Positions 27,754 through 37,980 are shown, numbered from the stretch's first letter. The stretch is DNA of 64,000 nt from Opitutaceae bacterium (GCA_050300215.1 JBNKXG010000001.1:276627-340626), one strand, 5' to 3'. The notes: generated by a model from the sequence alone, not told the origin. Program-made: numbers and translations.

Positions 27754-29039
27754 GCGTGCAAGCGACAGATTTACCTGAATGGTTGAAAACGCGACTGGAT
27801 GCGCCGGTCGCGATTTTCGGTCGCGCTTCGAGTGGCCAAGCGGCCAGCGCCTTGCTCGAGGGGCTTGGCTGCGAATGTCACGTTTTCGACGAGCGGCATG
27901 AGTCGGTCGCGATGCGCTCGTTTGCTGCGGAAGAAGCGAAGCATTACAAGCTGGTGGTTTGTAGTCCTGGCTTTGCGAGCGATCATCCGTGGTTGCTTGC
28001 GGCAGGGGAAGCGGGCTGCAAAATCATACCAGAACTCGACTTGGGATGCTGCCTCTGGAAGGGGCCGATCGTGGCCATTACCGGCACGAATGGGAAAACC
28101 ACGCTGACTGAATTTTTGACCTCCGCATTTTGCAGCGCCGGAATCGAGGCCTATGCCTGCGGAAATATTGGCCGTCCGATTTCGAGCCTAGTCGCCGACG
28201 ATTTCAACCTCGAGGCCATCGCGGTTTGCGAGGTGAGTTCCTTCCAAGCAGAGCTGACAAATCACTTGCACGCGGATTCCTTGCTGTGGACGAATTTCGA
28301 CGAAGACCACCTCGATCGTCATAAGTCGCTGGGATCGTATTTCGAAAGCAAATACAGCTTGGCTTTGCTGCAGCGAGGAGACGTCTTTCTCTATGACGAT
28401 AGCGTTCGGTCTTTCGCCGAGGGATTTGGCCATGAGTTGCCTGGGGGAGGCCTCGTCGATAATAGCTTGGATGCGGGAGAGCTCGGAGTGACGGGCACGA
28501 TTTTCGAAACCTATCCAGAGCGGAACACCTACTTGATTGCCCGGGCCCTTTGGTTGCGGATGGGCTTGGACGAAGGGGAGCTGATCGAAGCGGCGAACAA
28601 TTTCAAGAAGAGCCCGCACCGGATGGAGCTGATCGAGAACCGAGACGGCGTCTCCTACTGGGATGACTCGAAGTCTACGAACTTCCACGCAGTTTACGGC
28701 GCTCTCAAACGATTTGAGAATCCGGTCGTTTGGATTGGCGGCGGCAAGAACAAGGGGGGGGACCTGCAGCGGTTTGTGGCGAAAATCGCATCTCGGATCC
28801 ACTCCGCCCATCTTATTGGCGAAACATCGATCAAATTGGCGCCAGCTTTTGAGGAGCATGGCGTGTTCGTGCGTGTCTATGAGGATTTGGACGACGCCGT
28901 CGCGGGGGCTACAGCGGTCGCTGAGTCCGGAAGCAACATTTTATTGAGCCCAGGCTTTGCGAGTCTCGACATGTTCGACGGCTATTCGCAGCGTGGAGAA
29001 GCATTTAGGAGAGCCATCAGCCATTTGTCAGACCTATGA
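27750..29039 (+). CDS. murD: UDP-N-acetylmuramoylalanine--D-glutamate ligase
   Basis: P-loop ITGTNGKTT and Mur ligase domains. I chose the GTG at 27750, which overlaps the mraY stop (GTGA), instead of the ORF-track start at 27666 inside mraY. Confidence 0.9.
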   Translation: MSVQATDLPEWLKTRLDAPVAIFGRASSGQAASALLEGLGCECHVFDERHESVAMRSFAAEEAKHYKLVVCSPGFASDHPWLLAAGEAGCKIIPELDLGCCLWKGPIVAITGTNGKTTLTEFLTSAFCSAGIEAYACGNIGRPISSLVADDFNLEAIAVCEVSSFQAELTNHLHADSLLWTNFDEDHLDRHKSLGSYFESKYSLALLQRGDVFLYDDSVRSFAEGFGHELPGGGLVDNSLDAGELGVTGTIFETYPERNTYLIARALWLRMGLDEGELIEAANNFKKSPHRMELIENRDGVSYWDDSKSTNFHAVYGALKRFENPVVWIGGGKNKGGDLQRFVAKIASRIHSAHLIGETSIKLAPAFEEHGVFVRVYEDLDDAVAGATAVAESGSNILLSPGFASLDMFDGYSQRGEAFRRAISHLSDL

Positions 29040-30280
29040 AACTATCAGCGTACAAAACCCTCGAATCGAGCAAGCGCGCCCAGACCTTGAGCCGCATCAT
29101 TTTGATTGCGGGAGCCCATCTCGTAATCATAGGAGGCACCTACCTAGTGACCAATTTTGGCGACAAGCCAAGCAGCGACTCCGTGGCCTTGGCTGGAGTC
29201 GGAACGTGGTCGAGCCAGAGCCCGACTGCTAGCGAAGCAAGTGTCGACGCCTCTTCGAGCACGCTTTTCGATTCGCGCGCGAGCGACCTGGATGGATACA
29301 ACGCAGGCGAAGGGGAGCCGACGCTGCTCGCCAGCAACTCCGCTCCATCGAGCAGCGGTTCGGAAGCGCGCTACGCGCCGCGCCGGCCTAGCCCGTCGAG
29401 CACGCTTAACAATTCAAGCCAGCCAAGCTCTTCGAGCTCGGTTTCGCGAGACGATGGGTTCTTGGAACCGATCGGCCGTTCGGATTCCGAGCTTTATCCG
29501 GAGCGCTCAGGGAGTTCGTCTTCGTCCAGCTTGTCGCAAACCATCGAGTACAAGGTTCAGAATGGGGACAGTCTTTGGGGGATTTCCAAGCGCTTCAAGG
29601 TTGCGGTCGCGGATATCACGGCAGTGAACCCAGGCATCAAGGCGAATGCGATCCGTGTCGGCCAAACCTTGAATATCCCGCGCAGCGCGGATGCGGCGTC
29701 GGATGTCTTCACTTCTTCTGCCTCCAGTTCCGCTCCCCAGGTCAAGCCGGTTAACGGAAGTATTTATACCGTTAAGGCCGGTGATGTCCTTTCTCGTATC
29801 GCCTCGCGCCAAGGGGTAACCGTTGCAGAGCTTAAGGCGGCGAATGGTCTTCGCAACGACGTGATCCGTATCGGCCAGGAACTCGTTGTCCCTACCCGCA
29901 AGAGCAGCGCGGCTCTCGTTTCCAATCAGCATCGCGGTCCGAAGGTAACGATCGAGGCGGGTGACACGCTCGATAAGTACGCTGCCATTTATGGTGTCTC
30001 CGTGGCGGAGTTGATGAAGCTCAACAATATCAAGAACGCGCGTCTTATCCGCATCGGTCAGGTCCTGCTCATTCCAGAAAAGGGCCAGTCCCGCATTCCC
30101 GCTTCGGAACCACGTTTGCCGGCTCGGACAACGACTCAGCCAGCCGCCGATCCTGTTGAGGATTTGCCAACGCTTGAGGAGCTCCCGCGCGAGCGAGCCC
30201 AGCCCACTTTGCCGACTCTCGACGACGCGTTTGGCGCGGAAGACTTGGAAGAACAGCCACTGATCCAGATTCAGGAATAA
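29036..30280 (+). CDS. Membrane-anchored protein with three LysM peptidoglycan-binding domains
   Basis: N-terminal TM (IILIAGAHLVIIGGTYLV) and a Ser-rich disordered linker. The three LysM repeats are YKVQNGDSLWGISKRF...VGQTLNIP, YTVKAGDVLSRIASRQ...IGQELVVP and VTIEAGDTLDKYAAIY...IGQVLLIP. The ATG overlaps the murD stop (ATGA). Confidence 0.85.
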   Translation: MKLSAYKTLESSKRAQTLSRIILIAGAHLVIIGGTYLVTNFGDKPSSDSVALAGVGTWSSQSPTASEASVDASSSTLFDSRASDLDGYNAGEGEPTLLASNSAPSSSGSEARYAPRRPSPSSTLNNSSQPSSSSSVSRDDGFLEPIGRSDSELYPERSGSSSSSSLSQTIEYKVQNGDSLWGISKRFKVAVADITAVNPGIKANAIRVGQTLNIPRSADAASDVFTSSASSSAPQVKPVNGSIYTVKAGDVLSRIASRQGVTVAELKAANGLRNDVIRIGQELVVPTRKSSAALVSNQHRGPKVTIEAGDTLDKYAAIYGVSVAELMKLNNIKNARLIRIGQVLLIPEKGQSRIPASEPRLPARTTTQPAADPVEDLPTLEELPRERAQPTLPTLDDAFGAEDLEEQPLIQIQE

Positions 30281-30310
30281 GCCCTGTAGTAGGCTTCTCA
30301 CTACAGAGCT

Positions 30311-31480
30311 ATGGCGAAGAAGAGTAAGAAGAAGGCCCATGTCGGATCGAGCGGTGTACTGAACCCAGCACTCGTCGTCTTGATCTGCGCGGGCTTGCTT
30401 AGCGTGTTGGGGATTATCGTTCTCTTCAGCGCGAGCATGGGCATAAACAAAGACTCGCCTTACTACTTCATCGAGAAGCAAGGGATGTGGGTGGGACTTA
30501 CCATCGTGGTTGGTCTCTTGATTATGTTGGTGAATCTCGATTGGATTCGCCGCTTCATTTGGGTCGGGTATTTTCTGGGTATTGGCATGTTGCTTTTGGT
30601 GTTCGTGCCTGGTGTTGGGACCACGATCAATGGCAGCCGTAGTTGGGTGCGCCTGGGGCCGTTCGGTTTCCAGGTCGCTGAGATTGCGAAGGTCAGCTTC
30701 GTCTTTTTCGCCGCTCACTATTTCAGTTCGATCCGTTCCGAGAATACGAAATTCCTCAGAGGCTTCATCTATCCAGGCATCGGCATGGGTGTCTACATCG
30801 CCCTCGTGATCGCTCAGCCCGACCTCGGGACGGCTTTGATTTACGTGATGGTGGCAGTGAGTTTGCTCTATCTCGCTGGAGTGCGACTTGTCTATTTGGT
30901 TCCATCGGTTTTGGCAGGATTCGTGGGCGTGGTTGGTTTGATTTACAACGACGTCGAACGCTGGAGTCGCCTGACCGCGTTTTGGAATATGGAGGCGGAG
31001 AAAGCCGGTGACGCTTACCAAGGTTGGCAGGCCTTGCTCGCTTTTGGGGCGGGAGGAATCGACGGTGTCGGTTTGGGCAACGGTCGCCAGCAGCAAAGCT
31101 TTTTGCCGGAAGCCCATAACGACTTTATCTTTGCGGTGATCGGAGAGGAGATGGGGCTGATTGCTACGTTGGCCGTCGTCGCTATTTATGGCATCCTCTT
31201 TTTCGCCGGGGTCATGCACATGCGCAGAGCTCCCAATACCTACCAGTACTTGTTGGCAGCGGGTAGCGTATTGATGATTTCCGTACAATCGATTTTGAAC
31301 CTCGGCGTGGTGACCGGAGTGCTTCCGACCACTGGTCTTCCGCTTCCATTCATTAGTTATGGGGGGTCGAATTTCCTGACTATGGGGATCTTTGTCGCTG
31401 TAATCTTGAATACGAGCCTCGCTTGGCGTGGTCCTGTGCTCGAGCAATCGAAACGTAAGCTGAAGGATATCGAGGGATGA
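30311..31480 (+). CDS. ftsW: SEDS-family peptidoglycan glycosyltransferase FtsW
   Basis: About 10 TM helices, FtsW/RodA-type sequence (...LPEAHNDFIFAVIGEE..., GLPLPFISYGGS), and dcw position. Confidence 0.93.
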   Translation: MAKKSKKKAHVGSSGVLNPALVVLICAGLLSVLGIIVLFSASMGINKDSPYYFIEKQGMWVGLTIVVGLLIMLVNLDWIRRFIWVGYFLGIGMLLLVFVPGVGTTINGSRSWVRLGPFGFQVAEIAKVSFVFFAAHYFSSIRSENTKFLRGFIYPGIGMGVYIALVIAQPDLGTALIYVMVAVSLLYLAGVRLVYLVPSVLAGFVGVVGLIYNDVERWSRLTAFWNMEAEKAGDAYQGWQALLAFGAGGIDGVGLGNGRQQQSFLPEAHNDFIFAVIGEEMGLIATLAVVAIYGILFFAGVMHMRRAPNTYQYLLAAGSVLMISVQSILNLGVVTGVLPTTGLPLPFISYGGSNFLTMGIFVAVILNTSLAWRGPVLEQSKRKLKDIEG

Positions 31481-32607
31481 AACGGGCAATCATCGCTTGC
31501 GGAGGGACCGGCGGACACATGTCTCCCGGCATCGCCTTGGCGGAGGAGCTGACTTCGCGGAACTGGAAGTGCACCTTGCTGATCAGCAATAAGCAGGTCG
31601 ATTCGCGCCTCGTTAAAAAGTACGGTCAATTTGAATACGAGACGGTTGATGGTCGGCCGTTTTCTATCCGCCCTGACCGTTTGCTGCTCTTTTTAGTCAG
31701 TTTGGTTCGGGGAACGGTCAAGTGCAGCCGGATGATCCATGCCAAGAATCCTGACGTGGTGATTGGCTTCGGCGGCTTCCTTTCCATGCCGGCGATGTTG
31801 GCCGGATTTTTTGCTGGCTTGCCGACTGTTATCCATGAAGCGAATCGTGTCGCGGGTCGGGTGACGCGGATCGTCAGTTGGTTTGCTCGAAGAATTTACC
31901 TGCCGAAGGGCGTCTCGGTGCGGACCAAGCGCAGCAGCCGTATCCGTTTTATTGGTATGCCGGTGCGAAATGAGATCGTGAGCCTGTCCAAGTCGACGGC
32001 GAAACGTAAGCTCGGGCTGGATCCTCAGTTGAAACTGCTGGTGATCATGGGCGGCAGCCAAGGTGCGGAGTCGCTCAACAAATGGGTAAAGGCGAGCCTG
32101 CCTTCGCTCGCTCAGAAAGAGGTGCAAGTTTTCTGCCTGACCGGAGGTTCGGAGGCGGATAGCTCGATGACCTTTAAGTCCCCGATGGGCACGGAAGTGA
32201 AGTCGTTGTTTCGTCGATTCTCAGACGAGATGGCAATCGTCTTGTCGGCTGCGGATCTGGTGGTTTCGCGCTCAGGAGCGGGAAGTATCGCGGAGATGAT
32301 TCGCTGTCGCACTCCCGGGATTCTCATTCCGTATCCGTATTCCGCGGACGACCATCAGGTCGCGAACGCGGAGAATTTTGAGATGCTCGGATGCGGCATC
32401 CACATGTCTCAAGACTATCTTGGCGACTTGTCGAAGGAAGTCCAAGACGTGCTCTTTAACGAGTGGCTGTTGCAAAAGTTCCGTCGCAACTTAGAGTTGG
32501 CGGATCGGAGCGATGTGCGGGCGTTCATGGCGAACGATTTGGAACGGATCATATCGGGGAATGGTATGAGCATGGCAGCTCGTACGGAACAGGGACTTCG
32601 CACGTGA
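31477..32607 (+). CDS. murG: UDP-N-acetylglucosamine--N-acetylmuramyl-(pentapeptide) pyrophosphoryl-undecaprenol GlcNAc transferase
   Basis: N-terminal ACGGTGGHMSPGIALAEEL and GT28 N- and C-domains. ATGA overlap with ftsW. Confidence 0.93.
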   Translation: MKRAIIACGGTGGHMSPGIALAEELTSRNWKCTLLISNKQVDSRLVKKYGQFEYETVDGRPFSIRPDRLLLFLVSLVRGTVKCSRMIHAKNPDVVIGFGGFLSMPAMLAGFFAGLPTVIHEANRVAGRVTRIVSWFARRIYLPKGVSVRTKRSSRIRFIGMPVRNEIVSLSKSTAKRKLGLDPQLKLLVIMGGSQGAESLNKWVKASLPSLAQKEVQVFCLTGGSEADSSMTFKSPMGTEVKSLFRRFSDEMAIVLSAADLVVSRSGAGSIAEMIRCRTPGILIPYPYSADDHQVANAENFEMLGCGIHMSQDYLGDLSKEVQDVLFNEWLLQKFRRNLELADRSDVRAFMANDLERIISGNGMSMAARTEQGLRT

Positions 32608-34883
32608 TCAAGGGCTTGCCGGAACGTATTCATTGTTTGGGGGCAGGAGGGGCGGGGATGGTGCCGCTGGCGCTTTTCCTTGCGGAAGCTGGGCATCGTG
32701 TCAGCGCGGAAGACGACGCCATGGCCGCGGAGAGCAGGGAGCTTCTCGAATCTCGAGGAGTGGAATTGAAGGCTTTTTCGGAAGCAGAGGGAATCGGGGT
32801 CGTTTACTCTTCTGCAATCGCGCCGTCTCATCCGGTACGTCGTTTCGCTGATGAAAACGGAAATCTCTGCCTTCGCCGGGGAGAATGCCTCGCGATCGTC
32901 GTGAAGGAGAAGAAGTTGGTCGCAATCACTGGCTCTCACGGCAAGACGACGACCTGCGGGATGTTGATCGATACGTTGAAGCAATCCGGTCTCGCGTTTT
33001 CCTACCTGCTCGGAGCGCAATTCGACGGTCTGGCGCCGAGCCAGTTTTCGGAGAGCGAATGGTTGGTTGCCGAGATTGACGAGAGTGATGGAACGATCGA
33101 AGGTTTTAGTCCCGAGATAACGTTGGTGTTGAATGTCGACCACGATCATCACGCTCGCTATCAAACGGAAGCGGACTATCTGGCGGCATTTTCCCGTTTG
33201 CTGGAGCGGACGAAGAAGCGGGCGTTTATCGATGCCGGGCTCGAGGAGCGTTTGGCGGCGGTTTCTGCTTTGCCGATTGTTCGAGTCGGGGAAGGTGGAG
33301 ATGTCTCTATCTCGTCAACGCCAGCTGGCACAGGTTGGAGCGAGGTCAGGTTTTCAGGGATGACTGATCTGGATACAGTTTCGATTAATCGTTGCGGGCG
33401 AATGAACGTGATGGATGCGGCCTTTTCGTTGCTTGCTGCGGAGGCAATGGGAGCTCGATCCCGTTCTGGGCAAATTTTGGAATTTACTCCGGTCAAGCGT
33501 CGTCAGCGTTGCTGGTACAATAGCTCGGAGATTCAAGTTTTCGAAGACTACGCCCACCATCCGCGCGAGATTGACGCGGTACTCGATAGTTTGGGCGAAA
33601 AGCCAGGTTGGCAAACTGTAGTTGTTTTTCAAGCGCATCGTTATTCGCGGACGCGGGAGTTGAAGGCGGAATTTGCCAAGAGCTTGGCCGCTTGCGAGGA
33701 GCTTGTCCTGCTCGATGTCTATCCCGCGAGCGAAGAGCCGATCGAAGGTGGTACGGGGCAGGATCTTTACGAAGAGTGTCGCAAGCTCACGAACCGTGTC
33801 CTCTTTATTTCGAGCGTGGTGGATCCGGTTTTGACCTTGAAGGCGCTGGTACAAGGACGCTCGGTGCGAATGGTGTTTTTGGGAGCGGGAGTGGGAGACC
33901 AAGTCGCTCGACGTTTGAGCGAAGGGCTTGCTGCTGAGGACAAGCGCTGGGGCGAAGTGAATCGAGCTCTTGCGGCGGTATCCAGTTTTTCGACATCCTT
34001 GCGTTCGGACGAGCCGATGGCGGCTAAGACGACGATGCGGGTGGGCGGAGTGGCTGAACGTTATCTCGAGCCGGAGTCGCTCGCTCAGTTGGTTGCGGTT
34101 CTCAAAGCTTGCCATGCGGAAGGAATCGTTGTGCGCCCGCTTGGGCGTGGTTCGAATTTGGTCGTGCCCGACGAAGGCGTATCAGGTTTGGTGGTACGTT
34201 TGAGTCATCCGTACTGGAGTCGTTTCGAGCTCTTGGGCGAGGGGCGGGCCCGTCTTGGAGCTGGCATGAGAATTAAGGCTCTTTGTGGTCAGGCTGCCAA
34301 GGAAGGTTTGGAAGGCTTCGAGTTTTTGGAAGGAATCCCAGGAAGTCTTGGAGGTGTGCTGCGGATGAACGCGGGCGCCATGGGTGGTTGGGTTTTCGAC
34401 GTGGTCGAATCGATTCGCTATGTTACTTTGCAGGGAGAGGTTCTGGAGGCGACGAAGGGCGATTTGGATTTTGGATACCGCTATTGCAAGGAGTTGGAAT
34501 CGGCGATCGCGATCGATGCGGTTTTCGTTTCCAAGAAGTCGGACGGCTCGCAGGCGGAGATTCGCCGTACCATCGATACTTACCAAAGCAAGCGGAAGGA
34601 GTCGCAGCCCCGGGAACCCAGCGCGGGCTGTATCTTTAAAAATCCCGAGGGCGATTCGGCGGGCCGCTTGATTGATGAGCTCGGCTTGAAGGGAGCCGTG
34701 GTGGGCGGAGCTGAGATCAGCACGGTCCATGGAAATTTCATTATTAATCGGGGAGGTGCGACCAGCGCTGACATCATTGAGCTGGTACGCTTTGCCCGTA
34801 AGGTCGCTTTGGAGCGAAAAGGGGTGGAATTGCATCCCGAAGTTCTGCTCTTTGGCTCAAATTGGGAAGATGCTCTGAAATGA
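32604..34883 (+). CDS. murC/murB: Fused UDP-N-acetylmuramate--L-alanine ligase / UDP-N-acetylenolpyruvoylglucosamine reductase (MurC-MurB)
   Basis: One uninterrupted frame. The MurC part has IHCLGAGGAGM and ITGSHGKTTT. The MurB part begins about residue 465 with TTMRVGGVAERY, GRGSNLVV and SAGCIFKNP. The GTG at 32604 overlaps the murG stop (GTGA). The ORF-track start at 32463 lies inside murG. Confidence 0.9.
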   Translation: MIKGLPERIHCLGAGGAGMVPLALFLAEAGHRVSAEDDAMAAESRELLESRGVELKAFSEAEGIGVVYSSAIAPSHPVRRFADENGNLCLRRGECLAIVVKEKKLVAITGSHGKTTTCGMLIDTLKQSGLAFSYLLGAQFDGLAPSQFSESEWLVAEIDESDGTIEGFSPEITLVLNVDHDHHARYQTEADYLAAFSRLLERTKKRAFIDAGLEERLAAVSALPIVRVGEGGDVSISSTPAGTGWSEVRFSGMTDLDTVSINRCGRMNVMDAAFSLLAAEAMGARSRSGQILEFTPVKRRQRCWYNSSEIQVFEDYAHHPREIDAVLDSLGEKPGWQTVVVFQAHRYSRTRELKAEFAKSLAACEELVLLDVYPASEEPIEGGTGQDLYEECRKLTNRVLFISSVVDPVLTLKALVQGRSVRMVFLGAGVGDQVARRLSEGLAAEDKRWGEVNRALAAVSSFSTSLRSDEPMAAKTTMRVGGVAERYLEPESLAQLVAVLKACHAEGIVVRPLGRGSNLVVPDEGVSGLVVRLSHPYWSRFELLGEGRARLGAGMRIKALCGQAAKEGLEGFEFLEGIPGSLGGVLRMNAGAMGGWVFDVVESIRYVTLQGEVLEATKGDLDFGYRYCKELESAIAIDAVFVSKKSDGSQAEIRRTIDTYQSKRKESQPREPSAGCIFKNPEGDSAGRLIDELGLKGAVVGGAEISTVHGNFIINRGGATSADIIELVRFARKVALERKGVELHPEVLLFGSNWEDALK

Positions 34884-35812
34884 AGGAACCGAGGATTGCT
34901 GTACTATTGGGAGGAATTTCCGCAGAGCGAGAGGTCTCGCTTGGATCTGGCAAGGCGGCGGCTGCGGCCTTGGCGACGCGGTTCGAAGTCGATGTGTTCG
35001 ACGTGCAATCGTATTCAGAATTGCCAGACGGTTTGGATCCCGAGACCCATGTCGTTTTTTCCACCTTGCATGGTTCGTTCGGCGAAGACGGTCAGGCTCA
35101 AAAGCTGATGGACGATGCGGGAGTGATTTACGCGGGCTGCGATGCGGCGGCGAGCTCGCTCACCTTCGACAAGGTGGCGACCAAGGCGAAGCTGGCGGCC
35201 GCGGGTGTTCCTGTGCCAGTGGAAATCGTATTCGAAGGCGGCGATGTTCCTTTGGCGTCGACGATCGTTTCCGTTCTCGGTCCATCGGTGGTTTTGAAGC
35301 CGGTCTCCGAAGGCAGCAGCGTAGGGCTGATGTTTGCCGAGAGCGAAGACGAAGTGGCGTCTTGCCTCGAGAAGTGCGGGGAAGGGCGATGGCTCGTCGA
35401 ACCGCGGATTTCCGGCAAGGAAGTGACCGTGGGAATCCTGCATGGGGAAGCGATGGGAGTGGTCGAGATTCGTCCCCGTAGCGGGCGCTTCGACTACGAG
35501 AGCAAATACACCAAAGGCCTGACCGAGTACATTGCTCCGGCGGAAATCAGCGCGGAGTTGAGCGAGCGCATCCGTAAACTGACTACACGCGCCTTCGAGG
35601 CTTGTGGCTGTCGGGACTATGCCCGCATCGACTGCATGCTCGATTCTGCAGGAAATCCTTACTTTTTGGAGATAAACACGCTGCCAGGGCTCAAGGAAAC
35701 GAGCCTTTTGCCCATGTCCGCTGCGCTTTTTGGATACAATTTCGAAGAACTACTGCAAAAGCTTGTAGAACCGGCATTGTTGAGGTATAAAAACCGCAAT
35801 TCTTCTCGCTAA
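34880..35812 (+). CDS. ddl: D-alanine--D-alanine ligase
   Basis: RIAVLLGGISAEREVSLGSG and an ATP-grasp domain (...YFLEINTLPGL). ATGA overlap with murC/B. Confidence 0.93.
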   Translation: MKEPRIAVLLGGISAEREVSLGSGKAAAAALATRFEVDVFDVQSYSELPDGLDPETHVVFSTLHGSFGEDGQAQKLMDDAGVIYAGCDAAASSLTFDKVATKAKLAAAGVPVPVEIVFEGGDVPLASTIVSVLGPSVVLKPVSEGSSVGLMFAESEDEVASCLEKCGEGRWLVEPRISGKEVTVGILHGEAMGVVEIRPRSGRFDYESKYTKGLTEYIAPAEISAELSERIRKLTTRAFEACGCRDYARIDCMLDSAGNPYFLEINTLPGLKETSLLPMSAALFGYNFEELLQKLVEPALLRYKNRNSSR

Positions 35813-35813
35813 A

Positions 35814-36710
35814 ATGGCTGCCAGCAATCCCACCTCAGCAAGTCGACGTAAGCGTAAAGCTAATACGTGGAAAGACATCGACCAAAGCGTAAAGCCAAAG
35901 GCTATGAGCTCGGCTTCGGAGCGTCGTGTTTGGATGGGGCGGATCAAGGTGACTGGCGTGACGCTCCTGTTCGTCGCTGTCATTGCCGCAGCGCTACACT
36001 TTTTGCCAAAACTGGAGGGTGGACCTGAGATTTTGACCAAAGCGGGCGAGTCGATGCCGATCCAGTTGATCGATGTGCAGACCGATGGAAATCTGGAGCG
36101 CGACTACGTCTTGCGCCAATTGGATGTGCCGGAGGATGCGAATCTTTTGAGCGTGGACCTCGATTTGCTGAAAGCTCGTTTGGAAGCGATCGGGCAGGTG
36201 AAAAGCGCGGTGGTTTCGCGGCGTTTTCCGGACGCCCTGGAAGTTACGATTAAGGAGCGCCAGCCGATCGTTCGTATTTTGGCTCAACGCGCTAATGGCG
36301 AAACCTTGAAGCTCTTCGTCGATGACGAGGGCAATGTTTTCGAAGCGGATCGCATGGATCCCAAGATCTCTCGCACCTTGCCGTTCTTGGCCGGGGTGGC
36401 GCTTTCGAAACAGGACAATGGCTACTCGCGCATCGAAGGCATCAAGCCGTTGGCGGACTTGCTTTCCGAGGCTCAGGCGATTGCCCCGCATCTTTATCGT
36501 CGTTGGCAAATCGTTTCGCTCGAGCGCGACGACGTTTTGATTGCCAAGGGGAAGTCAGCCAAAGAGGTGATATTCGCTCGCAACGAGGATTTTCGGAACC
36601 AGCTTGGGAAGTTGGACTACATTTTGGACTACTATCGGAGTTCTCAAGGCGGAAAAATTGAGAGCGTGGATTTGACCTTAGGGGATCAAGTGCCAGTAAG
36701 ATCGTTGTAG
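35814..36710 (+). CDS. ftsQ: Cell division protein FtsQ (POTRA domain)
   Basis: Basic N-terminus, single TM (VTLLFVAVIAAALHFL) and a POTRA-like region. It lies between ddl and ftsA. Confidence 0.8.
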   Translation: MAASNPTSASRRKRKANTWKDIDQSVKPKAMSSASERRVWMGRIKVTGVTLLFVAVIAAALHFLPKLEGGPEILTKAGESMPIQLIDVQTDGNLERDYVLRQLDVPEDANLLSVDLDLLKARLEAIGQVKSAVVSRRFPDALEVTIKERQPIVRILAQRANGETLKLFVDDEGNVFEADRMDPKISRTLPFLAGVALSKQDNGYSRIEGIKPLADLLSEAQAIAPHLYRRWQIVSLERDDVLIAKGKSAKEVIFARNEDFRNQLGKLDYILDYYRSSQGGKIESVDLTLGDQVPVRSL

Positions 36711-36768
36711 ACTCGAAGTATCGTGTTGAAATAATCCGAGAAACAGTCAGCCGTACGGTCAAAGCAAG

Positions 36769-37980
36769 GTGTATAAGACGAAAGTAATTGCAGGCGTAGA
36801 TATTGGGACGAGCAAGGTTACCGTGCTTCTTGGAGAGATCCATGAGGGCAGGAAACTCAATGTGATCGGCCTCGGACAATCATCTTCCAAGGGTCTGCTC
36901 AAAGGGGAAATCGTTGATTATCATCTCGCTAGCGATTGTGTGCACGCGGCGATCTTGGCTGCTGAAAGCCAAGCGGGCGTTTCGATTGATGGCGTCTACC
37001 TGGCTCAGACCGGTGGGCATATCGAAGGGTTTCCCAGCGAGGCGTCGGTCAATATCACGGATCCCGACGGCCGCGTGCAAGCTGAGGATGTGGAGCAAGC
37101 TTGCTCGCTCGCTCAAGGTCGCGAACTGCCCGCGAATCGCACCACGATCCATCATTTGCGTCGCCCTTATAGGCTAGATGGCCGCTTGGTGGAATCTCCC
37201 GTGGGCATGGAGGGCGAGCGCCTCGAGGTGGGCTATTGGACCATGCACGGTGATTCCCGAAAGATCGGCGATGCGATTCACATCATCAACGGCTTCAATT
37301 TGCATGTGGACGACATCGTGTTGGCAGGGCTCGCCAGCAGCGCGGCGGTGGCTACTGCCGACCAGAAGAAGAGCGGCGTGCTGATTATCGATATGGGCCG
37401 CGGCACGACCGATTACGCCCTTTTTGTGGACGGCCGTTGTACCAAGGCAGGCTGCTTGGCCATCGGCGGCGACCATATTTCCAATGACCTAAGCATCGGG
37501 CTGCGCATGCGTTTGAAGCAGGCGGAAAGCCTTAAGCTCCGCTATGGTTCGGCGATCGTCGAACACAGGGACAAGACGGAGAAGGTTTGGCTTAACAACG
37601 ATTTCGAGATCGGGGATCGTCCGATTCCGCTTTGGAGCATCGAGAAGATTATCGAGCTGCGGGTCAGCGAGATCTTCGAGGTGGTCCGCAAGAAGCTCGG
37701 CGCCCAGTTCGTGCCTGAAAAGATTTCCTCAGGCGTCATACTATCGGGTGGTTCGAGTAAGCTGGCCAATATCGACCAGTGCGCGGAAAACGTATTTGGA
37801 ATCCAAGCGCACGTAGGCGACAACGCGGCGATGGCGAGTGGGGAGTTGAAGGACTCCCAGTATAGCACGGCCTTGGGACTCTTGCACTATGGCCTGCAGT
37901 ACCAGAGCGAAAAGGAATACAGCAACCATCGGCAGAGCGGCATCTTCGGTCGGCTCAAAAGCCTCTTCCAAAAAGCTTAA
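36769..37980 (+). CDS. ftsA: Cell division protein FtsA
   Basis: Actin-like ATPase with AGVDIGTSKV and IIDMGRGTTD. GTG start. Confidence 0.92.
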   Translation: MYKTKVIAGVDIGTSKVTVLLGEIHEGRKLNVIGLGQSSSKGLLKGEIVDYHLASDCVHAAILAAESQAGVSIDGVYLAQTGGHIEGFPSEASVNITDPDGRVQAEDVEQACSLAQGRELPANRTTIHHLRRPYRLDGRLVESPVGMEGERLEVGYWTMHGDSRKIGDAIHIINGFNLHVDDIVLAGLASSAAVATADQKKSGVLIIDMGRGTTDYALFVDGRCTKAGCLAIGGDHISNDLSIGLRMRLKQAESLKLRYGSAIVEHRDKTEKVWLNNDFEIGDRPIPLWSIEKIIELRVSEIFEVVRKKLGAQFVPEKISSGVILSGGSSKLANIDQCAENVFGIQAHVGDNAAMASGELKDSQYSTALGLLHYGLQYQSEKEYSNHRQSGIFGRLKSLFQKA

